From Geosiphon pyriformis uo1 (taxonomy: Eukaryota > Fungi > Glomeromycota): a stretch of 64,000 bases of DNA. The stretch spans positions 648,586 through 712,585 of the forward strand of contig JAAOMT010000718.1 in NCBI GenBank assembly GCA_016748015.1. Reading direction: 5' to 3'. The translations under genes and the position numbers were made by a program. This document shows, piece after piece, positions 23,388 through 36,560 of the stretch. Below the pieces are notes generated by a model. That model made no database searches. It saw only the letters and a program-made list of their open reading frames with translations, and was not told the origin of the DNA. Positions within the stretch are counted from its first letter, which is position 1. Each line of letters opens with the position of its first letter.

Positions 23388-25283
23388 ATGTCTACCAAGT
23401 CTTCTACAACAAACAACGGAGAAGGCTCTAAACGTTCTTCTAATGCTAGTATAGATGAAAATAAAGTTGCTCAAGCTGTTGATCTGAGCACTCCCACTCG
23501 GAAAAAAACAGAAGGCTCAACTGGTTCCCCTTCTGAACAACTGGAGTTTACTACCTCACCTGTACCTTTGACCCCCAAAGACAAAACAAATTATCAAGAG
23601 TTCAACACAACTATAAGCCCTTCTAGCTCGGTTGTTGAGTCTTCTGTGAGTACTAGTGAACAAGAAAAGACATTGGTGCACAGTAAAAGGACAGATTACC
23701 CATATTTTCAAATTGGCATCAGTGAAGATAAAAATAAAAGGTGTCGGCGAACTATGGAGGTTAGACTGATATCTTTTTCAAACAATAGCTCAAACGTGTC
23801 TGAATCATCACTAATTTGGTATATCAATTGATTCATTAGGACGCTCACTCTTTCTTTGAAGATTTTGGAGGAGTTGAGGGTCAAGGTTTCTTTGCTATTT
23901 TCGATGGTCATGCCGGGAAACAGGCAGCGGAATGGTGTGGTGAACACTTTCACGAGGTAAAGAGGAATTACCTTATCTCTTTCGGGGGAAGTGAGTTTTC
24001 CTTAGTCCCAAAGATTACTTGGTATCTTTCAACCCATTAAGATACAATTTTTAAGGAGCATTTGGCTATAATAATTTTCTGAGACGCTTTTTTGCGTTTT
24101 CGCGTTTAACCAATTGCCAAGTTTTATTCCTGTATTTGTTGTGAAACACCAAATGTATAAAAACCGAATCGATATCTTCCTCCAAATCAAAAACCAAACG
24201 TCAGACTTTCCAGCAAGTTCTTCAACAGTACCCGGGTCTTACTGTTCCAGAAGTGTTCGCTAAAGCATTCCATGAGGCCGATAAAGAACTGAAGCAAAAT
24301 GCCGGAAAACATTCAGGTTGTACAGCTATCACAGCTTTCCTTAGGACTGAAGAGGTCAAAGATGGGGAGGTAATAAATGGCAAAGAAAATGATGTACGGC
24401 TTGGAACAGCAGAAATAAAAAAGAAATCCAAGGTTTTTATCATTTTCTAACTACTTGTTTTTATTCTTGATCTTGATTTGAGAAATAAGCCTCGCTCTGC
24501 CACTTTTGATTCAAATTTCAACTCTAGCGTGTTTTGTATACTGCGAATGTAGGTGACGCTCGGGCTGTCTTGTGGTATGTTTTATCAGGCAAATTAAGCT
24601 TTGAATAATTTCACTTTTCCTTTCTTTAATTCGTCGAACCATTAAACTTCATGAATATCAGTCATGATGGTAAAGCTATTCGTTTATCATACGATCACAA
24701 AGGAAGCGATGCTCAGGAAGCCAAAAGAATTGTGGATGCAGGAGGATTTGTGATGAACAATCGAGTTAATGGTTGGTGATTTTTTGAATTTGTTTCAATA
24801 GCTGACATTCTCAAAATTATGGAAACTTACCCAAAAATGGTCGAAAAAGGTGTACTTGCCGTAACTCGAAGTCTTGGTGATAGTTCGATGAAAGAATTTA
24901 TGTATGTAATGGATGGAATGCTTTAAGATCCTATCATTAAAGTGGCATTCAAATGACCTAAAATGTTATTTATTGCAGTGTTGGAAGCCCATACACTACC
25001 GAGACGATCATAACGGAGAAAGACCCTTTTCTGATATTGGCTTGTGATGGGGTAATGAATCAGTACTCTCGATTTCCTGTTATTGCAAAGTTAAAAACAA
25101 CCTCAATATTAATAGATACCAATTATTTAGTTGTGGGATGTTTGCGAAGATCAAGACGCGGTTGACCTCATCAAAGATACTATCGACCCTCAACGAGCCA
25201 GTGAAGAATTACTGCAGCATGCCTTGAAGAATTTCAGTACTGATAATCTGAGTGTTATGGTAGTGAGGCTAACGAATAGGTAA
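23388..25283 (+). CDS. PTC1: Protein phosphatase 2C Ptc1, multi-exon
   Basis: [66 protein letters not shown] and [10 protein letters not shown] across GT-AG introns. Confidence 0.93.
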
Positions 25284-25930
25284 AGGACAACGAGAAAAGC
25301 TGAAGTCAAACAATCTAGAAAAAGGAGATGCAATAGAAATTATTTGTTTGAGGTTCTAACTTATAGTGGTTGGGTAAAATAGTATCTGGCAAGCAAAAGG
25401 GAGTGAAAGAGGATTAAATCAACAGCATCTAATATATGTCGGCAAAGATGAAGTTTGGTAAGGGAAAGAGAAGTACTATAATTTCGAAACGTAGAATTCT
25501 TTTCTTAGATTATTTCTTTGCTCCCCGTGAATATATCCTATATCAGAGTTTCTTTCTAATAAAAAAGAAATCATTTTCAAAATCGAATTGGCAATTTTCA
25601 AACCGCGAGTCCATTCTCCTAATATTAACGGATATGCTTTTTTCGTTCATCCAGCATATATTCGATTACGGAAGGAATGAGAACAGAAGATGTGATAACA
25701 ATCATCTAAATTCTCCGAATTTCGGGAAAGATGATATGACTTGTGCGATTTAAATGATCCTTTTGTTCTTAGATGAATCCATGAATGAAATATCACTCTA
25801 TATATTTAATTATTGAAATGAATAATTTTAGATTATTTTCAAGTTGAACAATTTATACTTTTAATAAGTATTAGCATTTTGCAATAAATTTAATGGAAAA
25901 CTTTTTAAGCCTAAAATAACAACCTAATTA

Positions 25931-27254
25931 TTTTTATTTTTATTATGCGATAACGAGTGTGGCTACTTAAATAATACAGCTCAACAGTGAAATCACGAAA
26001 AATTCTAAAATAGGCGCAGCTCACGCACTTGCTACATGTGACCAACCACTCGAGGCTACAGAAAAGTCCGCTTTTACGGCTTCTAGCCTCAAAAAACAAG
26101 TCAGAAACAAATATACACTTTCTTGTCAAGCCAAAGCATTGGAAACAACCTATACCCACACCTACACCAAAGTAATCTTCGCGCATAACATTCAGGCCTA
26201 AAACCAACAATCAAGTCTTTCTTCTTTCAACTTAGCCAAATTCAGGTTCTGTGGCTTGTTAAGGTAAAGCAACCAAGATTAATAACATGTGACAGTGCCA
26301 CTTTGGCATTCTTTTTTAAAGATGTTGATTTCTCAATTCAAGTCTTAAAAGCCAAACCCTTAGCCATAACCATATACAACATAATATCAACAATTCTTCT
26401 TTTAATAAAATTTCTTTACACATAATCTAAATTTTTTAATAATTTATATTGAATACAATAAATTTAAGCCAAACATATTTATTAAAATATTATATTAAAA
26501 CTGTTTTTAGTTTATATTAACATATTTTTTAACATATTTTAATTTATAATTTGTAAATTTTATCAAATTATATAAGCTTTTAATAAAATATTAAGCATTA
26601 TTTAAAATTGTTACATTATTAATTTTAACTAATAAAAAACAGATTAAGTTTTTAAAACTTAATATTAAAAAAATTTTTAATTATAATTTATATGATTTTA
26701 TTAATTAACTAATCTACAAAAACAATTTCACATTTTTTAATTAAAACAAATATAAATTGGTTAAAACATTTAATACAAAAATATTATTTAAGAATTAAAA
26801 ATATTAATATTAATATTAATTAACAAAATTTATAATTTTTTAGTATTATTATTATATATAATTTTTTTAAAAGATTTTAAATTATAATTTTTTATATTAT
26901 TATTATTATTTATTTTTAAGTTAATTAATAATTGAAAAAACAATTTATTAAAAACAATTAAAAATTTAAAAAAATTTAATTTTAACTATATTAATATATT
27001 TATTATAATAATATTAATTTACAAAATACATTTGTTATTAATTATATTTATAATTCATATACTTATTATTTAGTTAAAAAAATTTATAAAAAATAAGAAT
27101 AATATTTTAAGCTTAGTTAAATAATATTAAAAAATTTAATTAAAATATTATAAAATTAATATAATCAATTTTATACTTTTTTTAGAATACATATTTGTAA
27201 TATTAAAGTTTAATTATAAAATTAATTAATTTTAAATTGTTTTTTTATAATATT

Positions 27255-27291
<37 letters not shown>

Positions 27292-28218
27292 TAAACTATA
27301 AAACCAATTTAATATTATTAAACAAAGTAATAATAAAATAATTATTATTTATTTAAAATGGTTTAATTATAGTTTGTAATAAATACAAATAATTAAATTA
27401 AATTATTATATCAAGTTACAAATACTGAATTAATTTATTATATTTTAAAAATTTTGAATTAACCAAACAAAAAATAAATTATATTTAGATTATTAACTTA
27501 ATAATAAAATTATTTAAATTAAAAACCAAATTAAAACAATTTGGCAAATTTATTATGTAAAAATTCAAAAAATATTTAATTAATAATTAATTTATATATT
27601 AATATTTATAACAATAAAAACAATTAAAACCAATTATATTTTTAAAATTAAACATATTTATAAGTATTAATTTAATAATAATTATAAAAAAATTAAATTT
27701 GTAATTATTAAAAACAAAGTTATATTAAGATAAATTATTACTTATAATTAATTATTTAAAGATTAAAAAACCAATTTTAAAACTTTAATAATTACTAATA
27801 AATCTTAATTTATTGATTTAAAACTTTATAAAAACAATATTAATTAAATCTATATTATATTTTAACAATTAATATATATATATATATATATTATTTTTAG
27901 CAGTAATTTTAAATTATATATTAAATATAATCATTAAAACCAATACAATAATTATTAATATAATTTAAAATTAAAAAATATTAATTTTTAATAAAACTAA
28001 TTATTTATTAATCAATTTTCAATATTATTAGTTTTTAATAAAAAAATTGCATTAAAAATTTAGAAAATTTTTAATTATAATACTTAAACCAGCAAATTTA
28101 TTTAAGTTTTTATAAAACTTTAAAAATTAAGATTATTTTTAATTATTAAATCATATTTTTAAAAGTAAAAAAATAAACAAATAAATAAATTTTATAAATT
28201 TAATTTGTATATTAGATT
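25931..28218 (-). mobile_element. LINE 3' end (degenerate poly-A, 3' tail, ORF2 C-terminus) grading into a hypermutated ORF2 relic
   Basis: 26014-26052 is the reverse complement of the shared LINE tail motif. 26220-26390 translates LYMVMAKGLAFKT*IEK...HRT*IWLS*. Sequence is very AT-rich beyond ~26400 and the distal extent is uncertain. Confidence 0.72.
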
Positions 28219-28228
28219 AAAAAATATA

Positions 28229-28488
28229 GGTGTGGTCAGGATGCTCGGTATTGTTGAGTCTTTTGCTGTTAGTTTTGGCCGTCGGAGGCCTTGTCTTTTT
28301 TATTCTGGTTTGGGTGGTGATGTTCGTGTTCATATAGGTGTGTAGTGTTGCCTTGTCTGGCCTGAGTGGCTAGCCACATGTAGTAAGTGCGTGAGTCGCG
28401 TTTAGTTTGGGCCACTTAGTCTGGCTCTATGTACTAGATAGCGGTTGGGCTTCACTCGTAAAGCTTTAATAAAAAAAAAAAAAAAAAA
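28229..28488 (+). mobile_element. Young 5'-truncated LINE insertion with poly-A tail
   Basis: ORF2-like C-terminus GVVRMLGIVESFAVSFGRRRPCLFYSGLGGDVRVHIGV*, then 3'UTR and poly-A. TSD AAAAAATATA (28219-28228 / 28483-28492) at a TT/AAAA site. Confidence 0.9.
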
Positions 28489-28906
28489 TATAAAAATACA
28501 TTATTATAAAATAAATTTAAATAGTTAATTATATTTTTAATATTATTACATTAATTTCAAAAATTATATATTAAAAAATAAAATAATTTATAATACAAAT
28601 TAAAAATATTTGTGAAATTTATAATGTTATTAACAATAGATTTAAATATTATTATTCATAATAAATATGTAAAATTATAATATTAATATTGTTTATAACT
28701 TAAATAAAATAAAATAAAATCAAAATTTTTTTCAAATGTAATTTAAATTAATGTTCAAGAATTTTTGCATTTTTAATTCTTAAATACAAATGCCAACATA
28801 TAATATACCTCATGATAATTAAAAATGACCACCAAAAGATTGCCAATACAAAAGTGATAATCAGGCGCGAATTCAAATTAAAGGAGCTCACATTTTAGTA
28901 TTAATA

Positions 28907-30601
28907 TTAGGCTGGCGGGAAAAAGTTAGCAAATAAAATAATGCCGGAAAGCCCATATACCAAAAAATACAATAACAAGATCCTCGCCCAAAATTCTGTA
29001 AGCCGATCATGTTTTCCTTTCATTAACATATGAGCGGCGAACCAGTAAACAGTCGGCTGAGAAGAAAAAAAACGCGTGATAACTTGAATATGCATTGATG
29101 TGATGGCATATATAAGGAGAAATCCCCATAAATATATAAAAGGCAAAAGATCTCTTGATACATATGGTGATTGCTTGTTAGGGTTATGGTTGGAATCTTT
29201 CAGACCTTTTTGTTCAAATTTGGATCCTAACAAAAAATGATTCAGTAAAATTTATAGGTAAATTTTTTGATAAAAAAACAAACCTTGTTGAATCACATTC
29301 GATCCAGACTCCCTAAGCCCAAGAGTTAACATTCTTTGCCAATCATGATTTGCATAAATAAAAATACCACAGAAAGACAAAATAATCATGGGTGCAGCCA
29401 AAAGAAAATTGGGTATCTGATGGATTTGATAATATGTGAAAAGCCCACAATTCCTAATAGTTACTTAATGGAATTAATTTCTAATTGAAATGATTCAAAT
29501 TCAGAAAAGTTGTTCTGAACTTGCCAATAATATTTTTGCACAAAAGTGTATAGCAATGGAATGGGTGATTGACACCATGGACGTATTGAAATCGGGTCAG
29601 TGCAATATCGAAGATAGCCGAATCGTTCAAATGACAAAAATCCGAAAATAGTGATCAAACTAAGTACGATACAGTTCAATAGATTTTGAACAAAAGTCTA
29701 GAGACAGAGATAGTAGTTAACGGGTTTAGAAATTAAATCCTAAGAAAACTTTGATGTTTTTTTTACCTTTACTTCCAATCCATGAATATTCTTTAGCAAT
29801 AACTGAAAAATAAAAAATCCGACATACACAATCCCATTCGATCTTGTCATTGATGCAAGGGACCATGTAAAGGCGGCTTTCCAATAATGTTTTTCTACAA
29901 CCCAACGCATTCCCAAGAAACTCAAAAAAGCAAATAAGCTCTCCGCATATAGAGAAGACATGAAGATGCAAGATGGAGTGAGTATATAAATTATCGAGGA
30001 AATCATGGCAAATTTTTTATTATGGAAAAGAACGTTGCTAAGGCTAAAAACGATAAAATATTTATGAAAATTAAAGGTCAAAATTTAGGTCAGGAAAGCG
30101 AAAGCGAGAAGGAAAATGAAAAAATTTTGGATCTTTACTTGAAAAAAGCGATGGTGGCACAGGCAAAGAAAAAATTGGAAAGTAAAACTCCAGACAGAAG
30201 CAGTGTTATTCTGTAACTTAAAAAGTGGCCTAATGAGAGCAAGTATACTAAAGAAATGCAGCTTGAAGTTATAATTCTAAACAGAAGAACTATGAAAGAC
30301 CAAAGCTAGAAATAGTACTCTTACAAGTATTTCCAAAACCTCTAACAAGGAGTGGAAACAAGGGAAGAAAGGCATGTTCTTGTTCATAAACATAACCTTC
30401 TTCGGCTAAGTGCAAGAAATAAAAGGCATCCCAACGCAAAAACCCTCGGATAAATACGCTATTACCCTGCAATATTATGTCTGCTGCCGAGTCATATTCG
30501 TCCAATATATAGGTAGAAATAATAACTAAAAGCGAAATTAATAGACGGGAGACAATAGCTATGAAAAATAAGAAAGAGTAATTTTTCAAAGTGGAGAACA
30601 T
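28907..30601 (-). CDS. GPI18: GPI mannosyltransferase 2 (PIG-V), multi-exon
   Basis: RWDAFYF...YEQEHAFLPLFP, YAESLF, RSNG, RPWC...LYTFVQKYYW, QIPNFLLAAP, HIQVITRF, FANFFPPA C-terminus. Confidence 0.94.
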
Positions 30602-31001
30602 TAGACTAACTGATCATCGATTTATTATTAAATTACAGATAAAAGATAATAAATAGATCTTTTACATACCACGAGGAAATAATAATCTTGGCTCAATTGA
30701 ATATTTAAAGGTTCTACTTTTATCTGAAATATCTGATATAAATTTTGCGTTCTCAAACTTTTGACAACCCTAAACTAATTAATCTAAATTAAATCAAAGC
30801 TTAAATTGGATCCAATCATGGTTGTTAAGGAGAGATGGAGGCTCAATCAATCTAGAATCATCCCCCCACTTATCAATCGCCGTTTTCACAGATCAGATCT
30901 CTTTTTCGATTATTTAATTTTTTACTTTAAATAACTAACTAACCTGCTACTCGCAAGAACTCTTACTCTCAACTCGTCCTTATTTCAGAAAATTATCTTC
31001 A

Positions 31002-32626
<1,625 letters not shown>

Positions 32627-32956
32627 AGGCTGAGCCTGATCTAAATTTATCCTACAAGCCATATATATTATATATAATGTGGTTTGTCTCACTCACTTTC
32701 CGTCAGAGTTCTATATTTGATTGGATACGGATACTTGATTACATAATATATTTCGCCCGCAACAAGAAAATGGAACACCCGGTGGATATGCATATTATTC
32801 TTAAATACAGACAGGAGATTAAATATTGTCTCAAATATTAAGTTGTGATGTCATATTATACAGTTACTCAGCGAACAGATTACAAATTTACTTTGGCTTT
32901 GTTGCGTCGGCATTTCTTAGTCTTGGAAATTTAATTCTTTTCTATTGATCGTGCTA

Positions 32957-34817
32957 ATGTGCACTTTGAACACCCACAAAATATTATTGCGATCCAGTTC
33001 ACTCAACCCCTACTCAAGTCTAAGAATTATTCGCGTTATTAATACACGATCAAAATGTAAAATCCATTTGCAATCAAAAGCTCCTCTTGCAATCTTGAGC
33101 TCTAAAGCTAAAACTACTAATACCAATAGCTCGAGTGCTTCACAACAACGTTCAAGCTCAAACTCAAGTATTTTTATACAAAATTATGATGCACTTGGTA
33201 GTTCTCTTCCGTTAGAATTAGAAAACGAGAGAAATGTCAGCACCGAGAAGCAAGTGTCGCGAGTCTATCCGGCTTCAAACGGTATATCTTTAAATTTTAA
33301 TTTTTTTCAGGCATCTCAAACATAAATCGCACTAGAATAGGAAAAAGAAAATATTAGTAGGTGAATTTGTTTTACTCACTCTAGATTTTCATTTCAGGAG
33401 CTAGTCCAATTTCGCGATATAATTCTTTAATCGCATCCGGTATGGTACAACGTGATAAATATCAGACAGAAATAGTTTCCCTTTTACAAAATCTACATGA
33501 TTATGTACAAGGATATGACCCACAGCTTATATCTGATTTACATGGCACTGTGAACAAGGGATCAATATTTGGCAAAGTAATTAATTTCTCTAAATGTTTC
33601 ACAATCTTTTTTAATTTTTGCTAACTTTTGATTTCATTTTTCGAGTTATCAAAATTATTTAGCATTTCATCTTTTAGCTCACGTGTTTCATCGACAATCG
33701 GTCCAAAAGGATTGTATCTGTATGGAGATGTCGGTTGCGGCAAGACTATGCTGATGGATCTATTTTACGATACTCTATCCACAAAACGAAAACGTCGTGT
33801 ACATTTTCATGCTTTCATGCTAGATATACATTCTCGAATTCATAAATTGAAGCAAGCAAATTCTGGTTATTATGATCCAATTCCACCAATTGCAACTGAT
33901 TTGGCCAATGACGCGATCATTTTGTGTTTTGACGAGTTTCAGGTTACCGATATTGCTGATGCGATGATTCTTAGGCGTCTCTTTACCGAATTGTTGGCAA
34001 GAGGTGTAGTCATGGTTATAACCTCCAATCGACATCCGGATGAACTATACAAAAACGGTATTCAGCGAACAAGCTTCATACCATGCATCAAATTATTAAA
34101 AGAATATTGTCAGGTTCAAGAACTTGGGTCTAGAACTGATTATCGCAAGCTCAAAAGAGAGAAAAGTCACGTTTACTTTAATCCTCTCAATCAGCGAACT
34201 TCTAGAGAGATTGAGAATGTATTCGATAAGCTAACACAGGGACGACAGATTAAACAAGAGGTTTTAAACTTTTTGGGACGCTCGCTTATTGTACCTCTTG
34301 CATGCGAAGATATTGCAAGATTTACTTTTGCTGAATTATGTGGTCAGCCTTTGAGCGCAGCAGATTATTTGGAATTAATAAAATATTATCGTACATTTAT
34401 ATTAACGGATATTCCTCGATTGTCATTGACTAAGAAAAATGACGCTCGACGTTTTATCACGTTAATAGACACGCTCTATGATAATAAGGTCATTATTGGT
34501 CGTTATTTTTTAAAGGCTTGGCTCATTGCTAATCAAAATATTGTTTACCATTTATATAGTCGATGCTAATATGTTCGGCTGAAGTTCCTATCGATGAATT
34601 GTTTACAACAAAAGAAAAATATGATCCTGCTGTTCGGGATCATGATGAACACCGTCAACTCATAGATGATCTGGGACTCCAAGATGATGAAAATAAATTG
34701 AGTCCTATATTTACTGGGGAAGAAGAGATATTCGCTTTTAAACGAGCTGTTTCTAGGCTAATACAAATGCAAGGAACTGATTGGATTAATGATAGTATAA
34801 ACAGCAGGAAACAGTAA
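32957..34817 (+). CDS. AFG1: AFG1/LACE1 (ZapE-like) mitochondrial ATPase
   Basis: GLYLYGDVGCGKTMLMD, RRVHFHAFM, LCFDEFQVTDIADAMIL, TSNRHP, ARRFITLIDTLYD, GEEEIFAFKRAVSRL. Confidence 0.95.
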
Positions 34818-35260
34818 TTTAGCAAAACTTGACGAATTATAAATTCCTCATTGAACATTAAGCTGATTTTTGAATTCGGAGACTCACTTTAATATGATCG
34901 AGAGTGTTGATAGAAAGCATTTATAATTTGTATTTATTTGTAGTAAATTATATTGTATAAAGGAAGCCAAGTTTGGATGAAGCCTATCTCATTTTGGAGG
35001 GCAAATTTGTATTAGTTTCTAGATTTTGTTAAAGAGCTGTGATAGAATACAAGAAAATTCCCTACTATTCCAGCAGTTGCTAATTTTAAAATATCCTTTG
35101 GGACTATGAAATATGGATATAAAGTTACGAATTGACTAGAAATAAAAGCCCCTTTGATAAACTTGCCTTTCTTGCATTTAGAGTGGTAATCTTTCACGCA
35201 TTGATTTTTGCTGTTCCAAAACTTATTATATTCACAAATATTCCTGATAGGTTCAATCAA

Positions 35261-36284
35261 TTAAAAATCAAAGTGTTTCTGGTCAAATGTAGATCCTCTT
35301 TGAGTTCCTTCTAAATACTGATGGGTTTCAACCAAAGGCCTTCGGTGGGTGGAGGGAAGGAGCCCTAGCGAGTGATGATAAAACATTTTTGGGTTATTGT
35401 TGGTTCAAGTAGTATTTAGGATAGCAAAAGGTAAATAAAAAACATGCCAAAGGATCTTGCTCGGTTTATAGCTTTGGTGAGCCGACGTTGGTTTTTTTTT
35501 GTTATTCCTGTAAAATGAATGGTCAAATAGATAGAACGAAAAGTATCCAAAAAAATCCATATTCTGTCTTTACCTGTTTGTGATCGAGGTAATATTCTCC
35601 CCATATCTGACACAAAGCCCGAGAGTAAGTTGAAATTCTGTCGATTTATCAAATCAATATTGAGGCTACTATCCAAAAGAATTCAAGATCCTCATCTAAA
35701 CGTGACCTTATATTCAAAAAGTGGGTTTATCTTCAAAATTTTGAACACGTCAGTAGTTGGCTTGGATTTCTTGAATCTAGGCTTTCCACTGAGCGGCGAA
35801 GCTTCACTCAGGTCCAAAGGTTTGTATACCTGTCATATAAAATAGAGTTGAATACTAATACAGCAGGCAACATGAAAATGAATAAAATTACCTGACCAGC
35901 CATGAAGATTTTGTTAAATCTTGCTGGAGTTTCTTGAGTTCTGACCCCGACACCACTTGCGGTCTCTTAATGAGTTAATAAAAGAAAATCGGATCAAACC
36001 AAAATCTTGACTTCCATAAAATTTCGGTAAAAAGACATACTCATTACGGTAGATCTTTGAATCAGATTAATGAGTTTATTGTGTGGATCTTCTCGTTCTT
36101 CAACTACTTTCTCTGCTTCTCTTGTAAAGTCCCTGGCTGTATAGAATTAAAAAAACTTCATGGCTAATTGCTAAAAAAAGGTTCAAAAGTCTTCAAAAAC
36201 TCGTCTAATTCCACTACTTTGCCCTAAGCTTCCGCGAAGTGTTCCCATTGAAAGGGAATAGGGAAGCCGAAACTTGGAACCCAT
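35261..36284 (-). CDS. RSM18: Mitochondrial ribosomal protein bS18m, multi-exon (5' exons approximate)
   Basis: NFNLLSGFVSDMGRILPRSQTG-ITKKNQRRLTKAINRARSFG-LLP, the S18 signature. Confidence 0.85.
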
Positions 36285-36319
36285 GTTTCCAAATTTGCAG
36301 ACTGTATTTATACAAGTGA

Positions 36320-36515
36320 GGGCGCGCATTATCACACAGCAAGAAAGCCCCAAAATTTTTGCATAAAGTAGGTGACTCACACTGTATTTGTGATACAACA
36401 TATATGATGTCATCCTTGATTCTCTGGCGCGTATGTGAAAATCTACGCGCCTAACTTGGAAGCCGTATTAACTTCTTTTGAAAACTCTTTTGCACACGTT
36501 ACGGACACGCGGTCC
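36320..36515. promoter_or_regulatory. Bidirectional RSM18/RAD54 promoter with CGCG-core (MCB-like) sites and an AP-1/Gcn4 site
   Basis: CGCGT 36428, ACGCG 36445 and 36507, GCGCGC 36322, TGACTCA 36373. Confidence 0.45.
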
Positions 36516-36560
36516 CTTCTTTTGATAGTATTGTCGTGTTAAGAACCTGGAACTCCCAAA

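Noticed and set aside
25363-25375. ATAGTGGTTGGGT in the PTC1 3' region, identical to 13833-13845 in the retroelement tail
   Set aside because: Only 13 nt and the flanks do not align; probably chance.
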